Shown here piece after piece: positions 1-8,264 of a DNA stretch of 54,082 nucleotides. How positions within the stretch are numbered: the first letter of the stretch is position 1; every line of letters starts with the position of its first letter. Where the stretch lies: positions 1-54,082 of IMG/VR virus record IMGVR_UViG_3300031653_000003. One strand, written 5' to 3'. Source of the stretch: a virus (lineage: Duplodnaviria > Caudoviricetes). A program made the translations under genes and the position numbers. Below the pieces are notes generated by a model. It was given only the letters and a program-made list of their open reading frames with translations. It was not told the origin of the DNA and ran no database searches.

Positions 1-127
1 TGGGTAGACAAAGGTGTTTCCAGCTTGATAGTTTATCCCAGATGTCAGCACTCAGCCAAGCCACCAACGGCCAGAGATCGAATTGAACGGTTACATGGGG
101 ATGTTTCCAGGGTTGAGTTATTCGCCC
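1..127. repeat. Terminal overlap with 53956-54082 (circular assembly overlap)
   Basis: Bases 2-127 are identical to 53957-54082; only the first base differs (T vs C). An ORF reads in frame across the junction. Confidence 0.95.
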
Positions 128-330
128 GGCAGCCCGTAAATGGGTGGGATGTTTGGGGAAATGAGGTTGAAATTATCTCTCCAAAACTGGCTCCCCTGGC
201 TGATTATATTGCCCCGCCCTATGAGGTTATTGTGGATGAGGATGAATACCAGAGTAGCGAAACCCCGGCAGTTTTATCAGGAATGCCGCCGGCTGCCTAC
301 GAACCAGGCGAGCAAATGGCACTAGTATAA
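1..330 (+). CDS. MT-A70-family methyltransferase, 3' part
   Basis: HSAKP...RVELFARQPVNGWDVWGNE is the typical MT-A70 C-terminus; same frame as 53548 across the overlap. Confidence 0.9.
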   Translation, partial: WVDKGVSSLIVYPRCQHSAKPPTARDRIERLHGDVSRVELFARQPVNGWDVWGNEVEIISPKLAPLADYIAPPYEVIVDEDEYQSSETPAVLSGMPPAAYEPGEQMALV

Positions 331-371
331 AAAACATTGAGCGTAAAATCAAAATGGAGGTTACAAATACT

Positions 372-728
372 ATGCAAAAGAAACAAAGTCCAATCATTAT
401 GAACTGTGCGGATAATCGGCAGGTTGTTGACCAGATGATCAAGTGCAAAGTGTATGATCTGTTTATGGAGCAATCCAAGCGGGTTCGCACAGACCGGGCG
501 CGGCTATTGATGCAGCATTATGACCAGCGTGAGGGGGTGTTATATTTCTTCTTGTTGTTTCTGAATCACCCTAAGCCGAAGGATAACGGCTTTTTTATGA
601 CCTTTATCCCCGACGCTGCCGGGCTTGATTCCGAGATACTGGATGCGATCAAGGCGATTGTGCAGGACTCCGGGCGGGATAGGGAATTAAAAACGTTGTA
701 TCTGGATACCCCGGAAATTAGGAATTAA
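372..728 (+). CDS. Hypothetical protein
   Basis: ORF with GGAGG upstream of the ATG at 372 (the track starts it at 354). Confidence 0.6.
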   Translation: MQKKQSPIIMNCADNRQVVDQMIKCKVYDLFMEQSKRVRTDRARLLMQHYDQREGVLYFFLLFLNHPKPKDNGFFMTFIPDAAGLDSEILDAIKAIVQDSGRDRELKTLYLDTPEIRN

Positions 729-741
729 GGAGAATGTTAAA

Positions 742-1401
742 ATGGGATTAAATAAGTCTAAAGGTAATATGTATGAATTTGTAACTCATACCTGGAACAC
801 GATCAAGGGCGAATGTCCCCATGATTGCACGTATTGCTATATGAAGCGGTGGGGAAAATTAAACCCTGTTCGTTTGGATCGTAAAGAATTCAAGACAGAT
901 TTGGGCAACGGAAATTTTATTTTTGTTGGTTCAAGCTGTGATATGTGGGCTAAAGATATTCCCTATGAGTGGATAGAGGAAACGCTTGCCCACTGCCAAA
1001 AATATGATAACCGTTATTTATTCCAGACAAAAGACCCTATTAGAATGTTGGGTAAATTTGACGGGTTGAACGCGGTTGGATGCACTACAATTGAGACGAA
1101 TCGTTGGTATCCTGAGATTATGCAAAATAGCCCATCTCCAGATTTACGGGCTGATGCTATGTCAATGCTGGATGCTGACCGGTACGTGACCATCGAGCCG
1201 ATTATAGATTTTGACTTGCATGAGTTGGTAGAGTTGATTAAGATGTGCAGACCAAAGCAAGTTAACATTGGCGCGGACTCTGGTAATAATGGTCTGCCTG
1301 AGCCGAGCGCAGACAAAGTGCTGGCCCTGATTAACGCCTTGAGTGAGTTTACTACGATAGACCAAAAGCGGAATTTAGGCAGGGTATTGAATCATAAATA
1401 G
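742..1401 (+). CDS. DUF5131 / Gp37Gp68-like radical-SAM-type protein
   Basis: TWNTIKGECPHDCTYCY (CxxxCxxC), FVGSSCDMW, YLFQTKDP, TIEP, IGADSG; AAGGAG RBS. Confidence 0.8.
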   Translation: MGLNKSKGNMYEFVTHTWNTIKGECPHDCTYCYMKRWGKLNPVRLDRKEFKTDLGNGNFIFVGSSCDMWAKDIPYEWIEETLAHCQKYDNRYLFQTKDPIRMLGKFDGLNAVGCTTIETNRWYPEIMQNSPSPDLRADAMSMLDADRYVTIEPIIDFDLHELVELIKMCRPKQVNIGADSGNNGLPEPSADKVLALINALSEFTTIDQKRNLGRVLNHK

Positions 1402-1428
1402 TTAAAGTCAAGAAAGGGCAGATCAAAA

Positions 1429-1749
1429 ATGACAGTTAAAAAAAGTACTACCTTAGTGTGTAATCATTGCAAAAAAGAGGAAACCTTCACTGGGGATAGA
1501 CCGGCTGAACCTGGCCCATTTTTTATAGAGAAGGATGGAACCGCCTACCTAAGCGGTAGTCTTTATCAGCCGCCCCGTCTATGGTACATAATTGAACCCG
1601 ATAGTAGCAATAGCATTGTTTATGCCTCGGATGATATGATTAGCGGGAATTTTTGTTCGCTTGAATGTATGCGCGATCATATCATCCGGGCGATTGATGA
1701 TAGGGATAACCCAAAACCAATGAAACTCGTGTCTGTAATTACAGAGTGA
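1429..1749 (+). CDS. Hypothetical Cys-containing protein
   Basis: ORF with CxxC and FCSxxC motifs. Confidence 0.55.
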   Translation: MTVKKSTTLVCNHCKKEETFTGDRPAEPGPFFIEKDGTAYLSGSLYQPPRLWYIIEPDSSNSIVYASDDMISGNFCSLECMRDHIIRAIDDRDNPKPMKLVSVITE

Positions 1750-1979
1750 ATTGAATCAGGCTACTTTTTATGGTATCATTTCGTCAGTAGTGAAAAGGAA
1801 AAAATGAAAAAGAGAGTGCGGAAATATTCCATAGAATTTAATTATGATATTGTATCCAGGCTAAACCGAGCCTTGATAATAATGGTAATCATTATCATTG
1901 TGCTAATTTTGGTTTTGTTTGGATTTCTTTGGGCGGTAGAGCATTCATACATACCGGTATTATAGGCGATCAAAAAGAG

Positions 1980-2008
1980 TTGACAGTATTTCTCATCTGT
2001 GATACCAT
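1980..2008 (+). promoter_or_regulatory. Sigma70-type promoter
   Basis: TTGACA-17 nt-TACCAT. Confidence 0.6.
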
Positions 2009-2014
2009 TTCATA

Positions 2015-2120
2015 AGGCGATGGAACGGGCAAGCGCCATTACTCGTTGCTTTTTCTCCTTTTTGATTGACCAATAACCGGGCGCACTCGCTTTTTCCATT
2101 GCTAAGCGATTCCCCGGTTA
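2015..2120 (+). terminator. Promoter-proximal attenuator-like leader / intrinsic terminator
   Basis: 12-bp inverted repeat CCAATAACCGGG/CCCGGTTATTGG followed by TTTTCT. The 5' segment GCGATGGAA..GCGCC can pair with the hairpin interior instead. Confidence 0.55.
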
Positions 2121-2157
2121 TTGGTTTTCTTAACTCTATTTTTTTTGGGGGTCTATT

Positions 2158-2487
2158 TTGTCACCAGAAAGTCAATACCTTATCACTCTATTCCTGTTGG
2201 CCCTGATATTTATCTCAACAATGGTGGTTTTAATTGTAGCCTTAAAAACGCAGCAACTTGTCAGTCATACTCTCCGGCAGATAGAGGACCTCCATACCTG
2301 GGTTGGTAAAGAGGATGAAAATGGAGTCAAATTGGTTTACTTTAGCCGCAGCATGGCTGATACCCTAAAAGACTTGGGGGACAATATACATTTACAATCA
2401 GAGGCGATAAAGGAGCAAACGGAAGCAAGCAACCGTTTGCATTCTTTTTTAAGCGGCGTGAAGTTTGGGGGAGAAAAAATATCTTAA
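2158..2487 (+). CDS. Single-TM membrane protein (possible holin-like lysis protein)
   Basis: N-terminal hydrophobic helix followed by a helical region. Confidence 0.45.
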   Translation: MSPESQYLITLFLLALIFISTMVVLIVALKTQQLVSHTLRQIEDLHTWVGKEDENGVKLVYFSRSMADTLKDLGDNIHLQSEAIKEQTEASNRLHSFLSGVKFGGEKIS

Positions 2488-2493
2488 AGGCAG

Positions 2494-2644
2494 CCGGCAG
2501 GGGTAATCGTGACGCGGTTTGCGCCGTGACTGAGTACGGTATAGCCGTATGATTGTTGACGTTACCCGATCCCCTGCCGGGGAAAGTGGGCTTGCATGCC
2601 CGGTGGTCTGTACATCCTCCGCAGACCATTACCCGGCAGGGGAT
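2494..2644 (+). ncRNA. Candidate structured intergenic RNA
   Basis: Perfect 13-bp inverted repeat 2569-2581/2632-2644 enclosing two hairpins; an upstream multibranch domain GGGTAA..TTACCC. Confidence 0.4.
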
Positions 2645-2682
2645 TAAAATCAAAACACTTATTACTGTGAAAGTGCAAAGAA

Positions 2683-2898
2683 ATGGACAACATAACAAGG
2701 GCAAGAATGGCAATAATTTTCAACGAGTGGGCGAAACGTTATACGGAGAATCCGGCCTGGTTTCTTGATGTGCTTGATGAGAACGGGCACCCAATTGAGG
2801 ACTATGGAGAGCTATGCGCTACCTATTTTGACAAACTAGCAAGAGAATTGGATGCACACGGCAAATTGCCCCAACCTTGGCTCGTTACAAGCCTTTAA
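2683..2898 (+). CDS. Hypothetical protein flanked by 22-bp direct repeats
   Basis: ORF bracketed by TTAAAATCAAAACACTTATTAC at 2644-2665 and 2895-2916. Confidence 0.6.
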   Translation: MDNITRARMAIIFNEWAKRYTENPAWFLDVLDENGHPIEDYGELCATYFDKLARELDAHGKLPQPWLVTSL

Positions 2899-2935
2899 AA
2901 TCAAAACACTTATTACAAAAAAGGAGTAAGACAAA

Positions 2936-3400
2936 ATGTATAAGACTTTATCTGTAGTTTTACTGGTAGTCATTCTCTCCCTGGCCCTGGTGGGCGTAGT
3001 GTTGGCCCAGGATGTGCCGGACGTACCCACCCTGCCGCCGGATGGCACGGCGGCGCAGACTGTGAATCAGTGGATTGATTATTTCTCTGCGCTTTTGGTT
3101 ATGCTGGCGGCTGGTTTGGTCGGCTCGGCAATCACCGACATTTTTAAGAATTGGTTTCCCTGGGTTAATAAAGAATTGCAGGATAAAGCCAAGCAGGGCT
3201 TGACCCAACTTTCTGCGTTGGTTATTACCGGTGGGTTTGCATGGCTGAGTCAATTTCTTTTACCATATACTGATGTGTTGGACACTCCTCAAGCTGGCGG
3301 CGTTTCCATCTGGCAGGGGCTGGTAACTTTGGTGGGCGTGGCCGTGGCGATGATCGGTGGGCAAGTATTCTATCTGGCTAAGAAAAAAGCCAAAAAGTAG
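2936..3400 (+). CDS. Multi-TM membrane protein (holin-like)
   Basis: Four hydrophobic segments and a basic C-terminus KKKAKK; AAGGAG RBS. Confidence 0.55.
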   Translation: MYKTLSVVLLVVILSLALVGVVLAQDVPDVPTLPPDGTAAQTVNQWIDYFSALLVMLAAGLVGSAITDIFKNWFPWVNKELQDKAKQGLTQLSALVITGGFAWLSQFLLPYTDVLDTPQAGGVSIWQGLVTLVGVAVAMIGGQVFYLAKKKAKK

Positions 3401-3403
3401 GCA

Positions 3404-3979
3404 GTGGTTATGGACTGGAACGAAAAAGACGCGGAGGCGTATGGCTTTTATATCGCCAATGGTGCGCCTCTTTTTGAGGAGACCGGTCTGACCTTAATGC
3501 ACCCAGCTTCGGCCCATGATCAAAAGTATTGGGCCGTGCTGGGTGTTTTTAGTTTGCCCCAAAGAGAGAACCGAGTAGCCGTTTCCTTGTTGAATGAAGA
3601 TGGTCAATACCTGGGGCCAATCAAGGAAGCCGTTGGTTGGACGTGGGGTGGCAGGCAAGAAGACGAGGTTGCCGGGCCGATTGAATTGAAGGCGCAGCCG
3701 GAGCGGGGCGGGATTGGGCTTGTTGGCTCCCCGCTTAGTATATGGGCTAAAGAGAGCGGTTTGCCGTCCGATTCGCTGCTTGGGATCGAATCGCCTTGTT
3801 ATGTTGTCTTTGGCCGGGTTGCGGCTAAGAATCCGCCGTCGGATGACGAGCCGGAGCCGGGCGACGTTGCTGAATTTATCGCCAACACTATCGCCGCTAT
3901 TGACGCGCAGGTGGGTAAGCTGGATTTGGCGCGGGCGGCGCTGATAGCGATCAGGGATAGCCTTGCCGAGAAAACTTGA
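3404..3979 (+). CDS. Hypothetical protein
   Basis: 191-aa ORF co-oriented with the holin-like gene. Confidence 0.6.
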   Translation: MVMDWNEKDAEAYGFYIANGAPLFEETGLTLMHPASAHDQKYWAVLGVFSLPQRENRVAVSLLNEDGQYLGPIKEAVGWTWGGRQEDEVAGPIELKAQPERGGIGLVGSPLSIWAKESGLPSDSLLGIESPCYVVFGRVAAKNPPSDDEPEPGDVAEFIANTIAAIDAQVGKLDLARAALIAIRDSLAEKT

Positions 3980-4002
3980 TATTATCGGGAATAGTCCGGT
4001 AT

Positions 4003-4038
4003 TAAAGCCTGGGGTTGCCGCTCTGGGCTTTTATTTTG
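4003..4038 (+). terminator. Intrinsic terminator
   Basis: AAAGCCTGGGG-loop-CTCTGGGCTTT followed by TATTTT. Confidence 0.6.
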
Positions 4039-4073
4039 CCTAAAAGTTTAAGGTAAATTATGTAAATTAACTA

Positions 4074-4120
4074 TTGACGAGTGACAATAAGTATGATATA
4101 CTATTGTCAACTAACAATAG
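4074..4120 (+). promoter_or_regulatory. Sigma70 promoter with overlapping palindromic operator
   Basis: TTGACG-17-TATACT; inverted repeat TGACAATA (4082-4089)/TATTGTCA (4102-4109). Confidence 0.65.
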
Positions 4121-4148
4121 TTAGTTATTAGTTTTACGGAGGAACAAA

Positions 4149-4463
4149 ATGAGCAACAAGACAGTGTTTTTCGGGATTATGGCAGGTGACTTATTTGGCG
4201 ATGTTGATCCAGAGGCCGAAGGTTACGATGGACAAGCCAGTTTGGAAAAATACGGCGAAATGTGCAGCGATGCAATTATTGCTGGATTTAAAAAACACGG
4301 CGAACGTGTGACCACTGAGTGGGAAAGTCAAAATGTTGGTGGTGTAGTACCATTTGGGTTAAAAACCAGGGTTGACGGCGAAACTGATCACGAGGATGTT
4401 GATTTTGTCGATAATATTATTGGTGAGGTTTGGCAATCGTGGGAATGGGTGGTGGAAGTCTGA
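4149..4463 (+). CDS. Small acidic protein (candidate anti-defence protein)
   Basis: D/E-rich 104-aa ORF with GGAGG RBS; first gene after the operator-bearing promoter. Confidence 0.6.
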   Translation: MSNKTVFFGIMAGDLFGDVDPEAEGYDGQASLEKYGEMCSDAIIAGFKKHGERVTTEWESQNVGGVVPFGLKTRVDGETDHEDVDFVDNIIGEVWQSWEWVVEV

Positions 4464-4810
4464 TGCTAAACGAGCGGATCAACTATGAAATAGAAACCGC
4501 TCTCGACACACTACTGCAAGACAAGCCGGGTGGCACAGTCACCCGGCAACGTCTACAAGCCGTGTTAGAGAGATTGGCGCAACAGGTAGCAACAGATGCC
4601 AGAAATGACACATTGTTGAGCCTAAAAACCTCTGCTGATGTGGCAGAAATATATCAATGTAGCAAGCAGGCTATCAATGCCAGAGCTAAACGGCTCAAAA
4701 CTCGATTTGGTAATTTTGGCTGGCAGGTTAGCTCTGGGATGTGGATATTTATACCGGAGGAGGTTGAACAATTGAGGCCGGGAAAACCAGGGAGGCCACC
4801 AAATGAATAA
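4463..4810 (+). CDS. HTH DNA-binding protein
   Basis: TSADVAEIYQCSKQAINARA HTH and a C-terminal GKPGRP hook; TGATG coupling to the upstream gene. Confidence 0.65.
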   Translation: MLNERINYEIETALDTLLQDKPGGTVTRQRLQAVLERLAQQVATDARNDTLLSLKTSADVAEIYQCSKQAINARAKRLKTRFGNFGWQVSSGMWIFIPEEVEQLRPGKPGRPPNE

Positions 4811-5032
4811 ATCCAAATGGAAGGTCGGTTATAGTAGCGCGACTGGCAAATATGTACCAGTCCCATTATTTGGAGATATGAATTACAGAGACGCCAAGGC
4901 CGAGTGCAATCGGCTCAATAAAATCAAAGCGGACGCAAAGCAAAAGAGCGAAAAAAAACAAGATTGACAAACCGCAACCGAATATGATACAATCCCCTTG
5001 AGCGGCAACTCCAGTTATGAGTTGTCGCTTTT

Positions 5033-5449
5033 TTGTATGGAGATCAGATGCTTTTACCATTCGGGCAGAAAGCTAGAATAACTCACCAATATCTCAAGGG
5101 TGAGGTGGTCTGGATCACCGATGCCAGGCTGAGCTATTTCATCGGTCACGACTGGCAGTACAAGGTCAGAACCGATAAGCGGCTTCACTGCGGATACTTC
5201 CTCTGGGGCGGCGCGTGGTTTGATGAGATGTACTTGGAACCACTGCCGGGTGATGGAGTAGTGCCGTCTTATCTCAATATATCTGAGCCGGAAACGTGGC
5301 CGCCGGTGGATGACGATGAACTCCCGCCGGATGACGAGCCTGAACAATATCCGACAGAATGGCCGGACTTTGGCCCAGAGTTGGCGGCGTTGGATGGGGT
5401 GATTGGGCAGATTGATAATATCAAGGAACAGCTATCATCCATTATCTAG
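5033..5449 (+). CDS. Hypothetical protein
   Basis: ORF preceded by a promoter (TTGACA 4964..TACAAT 4993) and a hairpin at 5001-5035. Confidence 0.55.
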   Translation: MYGDQMLLPFGQKARITHQYLKGEVVWITDARLSYFIGHDWQYKVRTDKRLHCGYFLWGGAWFDEMYLEPLPGDGVVPSYLNISEPETWPPVDDDELPPDDEPEQYPTEWPDFGPELAALDGVIGQIDNIKEQLSSII

Positions 5450-5811
5450 TCGCCTTCTTCCTGGCCCTGTCCATCAACGGCGTAGCACTGGCCGAAAATA
5501 ATAAACTCGAAGCCGTTGGCGAAACCAGGCGAGCCGGACTCACGGCCATTGACATCCCGGCCGGCGTTGAGATAAGCGCCTATGAGTGCCGGGTGGCGCT
5601 GCCCTGGCGGTATGGTAATCTGATTGGTAGCGAGGTGTACTTTCTGGAAGATACAGGGCGGCTCTATGGGCCGTGGTTGGTAACAGATATTCAGCAGTCG
5701 GCGCACGATGCTGACCCGTTGCTGAATATGGAGAATAACGGATTATTAGCCGACGTGGACTGTGAAGGGATGGTGCATCGGCGGGGGCAATTATTGGTGA
5801 GGTATAGATGA
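5434..5811 (+). CDS. Putative secreted protein, possibly double-psi barrel (RlpA/3D-like); non-canonical ATC start
   Basis: The frame of track ORF 5593-5811 is open back to 5419. AAGGA precedes ATC at 5434, giving signal-like IIHYLVAFFLALSINGVALA; GPWLVTD motif. Confidence 0.35.
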   Translation: MIHYLVAFFLALSINGVALAENNKLEAVGETRRAGLTAIDIPAGVEISAYECRVALPWRYGNLIGSEVYFLEDTGRLYGPWLVTDIQQSAHDADPLLNMENNGLLADVDCEGMVHRRGQLLVRYR

Positions 5812-6146
5812 TGAAATTACTTCAACTTGTGACGGGGATACTACTTCTTTCTGTCATACTACTTGCTTTGGTACAACCTCAACATGCGGAAGTACGCATT
5901 GAGCATGAGGGGATGCCGGATTATCTAGAGATAGACGGTACATCTGATGCGGTTCTTGTGACGGGCCACGAACCGATTGAATTTAACCGTATTGACATTA
6001 TCAACACCGGGCCGGTAACGATAACCGATGGCACAACCACGGCGGTTTTTAGCGGTACGCTGATTATTAAAACATCCGGTGGGGTTGATCACATTGATAT
6101 TGATCCGGTTTCAATTTTTGAGATAGACGAAAATCCGCAAAATTAA
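5808..6146 (+). CDS. Putative secreted protein
   Basis: N-terminal signal-like helix followed by a beta-rich region. Confidence 0.55.
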   Translation: MMKLLQLVTGILLLSVILLALVQPQHAEVRIEHEGMPDYLEIDGTSDAVLVTGHEPIEFNRIDIINTGPVTITDGTTTAVFSGTLIIKTSGGVDHIDIDPVSIFEIDENPQN

Positions 6147-6158
6147 GAAGGTAAATTG

Positions 6159-6824
6159 TTACGTGGCGGCGTGCGTCCAGCATATAAATTTGCACCCCTG
6201 GTTTAGTGTGATCACCGGTGAAATATGTGTGCAACTTGTCCCTTGATGAAACTTACAATCAACTAAGCGGCAATCAATTTGAGCCGTCTGATCTTCACAC
6301 ATAGAATACCGCTCAGGCGGGGTTGTGTTGTGGCTACCAACTGTCTTGCTTTCGTGGTATGTATTGAGTAATTTATTAAAGGATTGCGACTCTTGTAGTA
6401 CATCCTCTAGTTTTTGTGCCTTATATGACCTCGCACTATCGCTTAATTGTACCGTTCCGTGTAGCCACGCAAGAGCGCCCCAAGCCTCACTAGACAAGTT
6501 TTCTATAATTTTCTCTGCTTTAGATAATAAATATCTTAAGTCATCCTCGTTAGTGCTTGACACGTTACTGTTGTCTAACCTGATTTTGGGGGCAGTAATG
6601 AGTGGCTTATTTGCAGAAAGGAAATACTTTTGCTTATATTGCCCCGTTTCAACCTCTTTTTGTGTAATGCCACGATAAACAGCCCAGCCGGGACATTTTG
6701 GGCAAACAATGGAACCCATAATTTGAACGTCATCAAGGTAGAGGGTTTTGCAGTTTACGCAATAAGCATAGGTTTTTAGTTGACGCCGTTTAAATTCCTT
6801 TTTTAAGGATGGTATGTTTTTCAT
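6159..6824 (-). CDS. Hypothetical protein with Zn-finger-like motifs
   Basis: CxxC pairs at the N-terminus and a Cys-rich C-terminus; AGGAG RBS. Confidence 0.55.
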   Translation of the reverse strand: MKNIPSLKKEFKRRQLKTYAYCVNCKTLYLDDVQIMGSIVCPKCPGWAVYRGITQKEVETGQYKQKYFLSANKPLITAPKIRLDNSNVSSTNEDDLRYLLSKAEKIIENLSSEAWGALAWLHGTVQLSDSARSYKAQKLEDVLQESQSFNKLLNTYHESKTVGSHNTTPPERYSMCEDQTAQIDCRLVDCKFHQGTSCTHISPVITLNQGCKFICWTHAAT

Positions 6825-6865
6825 TTTTGCTCCTCTGATGCTAAATTATGGTGATTAATATTTTC

Positions 6866-6893
6866 ATTTCGTATAAAATGTATTATGCGAAAT
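6866..6893. other. dif/Xer-like recombination site
   Basis: ATTTCGTATAA-AATGTA-TTATGCGAAAT: 11-6-11 near-palindrome with the TAA-N6-TTAT core of dif sites. Confidence 0.6.
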
Positions 6894-6987
6894 ATGACGC
6901 GCCTATAGGGAAATCCATATCGCCAAGATAACGGTTGAATTTACGCGATACGGGTTGGACTCGTACCGACCAATAGAATTAACTTTG

Positions 6988-7161
6988 CTACCCCGGCAAT
7001 GATTTGTTATATGGCGTGGGTGTGGCCCAATGAGTTAATTGTGGATGCTCTGAGTTAAGCCGGGCCACTACTTCTTCAGCTTGATTTACAGGTAAAGCAA
7101 GCGTGCCACCCCCACTATAACCAGTAATTTTGCTTTTCCAGTGTATATATTTTTTAGACAT
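6988..7161 (-). CDS. Cassette-borne small hypothetical protein
   Basis: MSKKYIHWKSKITG... starts just after the attC GTT core and runs into the next attC. Confidence 0.5.
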   Translation of the reverse strand: MSKKYIHWKSKITGYSGGGTLALPVNQAEEVVARLNSEHPQLTHWATPTPYNKSLPG

Positions 7162-7251
7162 TTTGGCCCCCTTAAGCCATATAACGGCGGGCCATAACCC
7201 GCCCGCTTTTAATAATTCAATAACCACCAACTACCCCACGCAAGGCATTAC

Positions 7252-7659
7252 TCAAGCAGCCGACCCGCTCTTGGGGTCGGCGTTGATGGCCTTGTTAGGT
7301 TGCGCTTCTCGAATTTTATCATAAATTTTTTCTATACCGTATCTGTCTGGATTTCTCCATTTCTGAGAATTACGCAACATTATCCATTGTTCTATCGCGT
7401 CCAAAACAAGCAACGGGTTATCATAATCAAGACCCTCAAATAATTCCTCTTTTATCTCTGGCTCACGCCGGATAGTATCTATCCATACGGCTCCCATTAT
7501 GACTTTCTGCATCATTGGGACAAGCGCCCTCATGTCCTCTTGGTATTCAATATAACCATCAATGCTGGCTGTTTTTGCTCCCATCCCATCGTTTGGGAAT
7601 GGGACACGGGTCAAAATGTTATTTAATCGTAGTAATATATCACGCTCATTTGTGTTCAT
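7252..7659 (-). CDS. Cassette-borne hypothetical protein
   Basis: Starts immediately after the attI-like GTTAGGTTGC; the C-terminus AQPNKAINADP is attC read-through. Confidence 0.65.
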   Translation of the reverse strand: MNTNERDILLRLNNILTRVPFPNDGMGAKTASIDGYIEYQEDMRALVPMMQKVIMGAVWIDTIRREPEIKEELFEGLDYDNPLLVLDAIEQWIMLRNSQKWRNPDRYGIEKIYDKIREAQPNKAINADPKSGSAA

Positions 7660-7807
7660 AAGATAGCAACCTAACTCGTTATTATTCCGACTGTCTAATA
7701 CTAGACATTGCTTTCTTTTATTCCGGCCCTGGCTCTAACCGAGGACACCCAAAAGTATTGTTGAGATCACGCGCCCGGCCCGGCTGATTGCCGGTTGGTG
7801 GGCTTCT

Positions 7808-8200
7808 CTACCATTCTGGTAATTCGATCTCAGTTCCTTCGGCTTTGATGTATGCCTTGAGCCATTCCATAAAGTCGCCAACTTCTCTACCGGCAATAAT
7901 GCGCGGAGAGGCGTACCACTCATCCATATCATCATCGCTTTTTGTTAGTACGTATTGGGTAATCAAACGATCTATGTCGTCAAGAGTAAATACCATTTGA
8001 TTGCCCTGTTGGGCATTGTCTGCATTATCTGTGTGAATAGCTTCATAGTATTCATCTTTTGTGCAATCTCTGTCAAGGCAAAAACATAGAGTACACTTAA
8101 AATACCTACTGATTTTGTCAATGCAGGGGCCGTGCCAATCGTGACTACAGCTTAATTGTTGCCTTACCTGTTTTTCTGTGCCGCCATAGAAAATTGTCAT
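7808..8200 (-). CDS. Hypothetical protein; N-terminal Cys/His domain paralogous to 14360-14953
   Basis: MTIFYGGTEKQVRQQLSCSHDW...KCTLCFCLDRDCTKDEYYEA vs MTIFYGGTEDQVRKQLQCKHFW...KCVHCSCLDRRCTEDEYYKA. Confidence 0.65.
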   Translation of the reverse strand: MTIFYGGTEKQVRQQLSCSHDWHGPCIDKISRYFKCTLCFCLDRDCTKDEYYEAIHTDNADNAQQGNQMVFTLDDIDRLITQYVLTKSDDDMDEWYASPRIIAGREVGDFMEWLKAYIKAEGTEIELPEW

Positions 8201-8264
8201 TGGTTCACCTAATAATAAATTTACACCACACTAACATCACGCGCCCGGCCCGGCTGGTTGCCGG

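Larger units (their letters stand above)
6926..7691 (-). mobile_element. Integron-type cassette array 1 (attI-like site, two cassettes, attC 7179-7300 and degenerate attC 6926-7012)
   Basis: Each cassette is bounded by complementary cores: GCAACCTAAC 7666-7675 / GTTAGGTTGC 7294-7303 and GCCATATAAC 7176-7185 / GTTATATGGC 7006-7015. An imperfect palindrome lies between them. Confidence 0.75.

Noticed and set aside
1-127. Biological direct terminal repeat
   Set aside because: The 127-nt length matches a common assembler k-mer and it falls mid-gene; treated as a circular overlap.
2520-2600. Hammerhead ribozyme
   Set aside because: CTGAGTA does not match the CUGANGA core and GAAA is not correctly placed relative to the stems.
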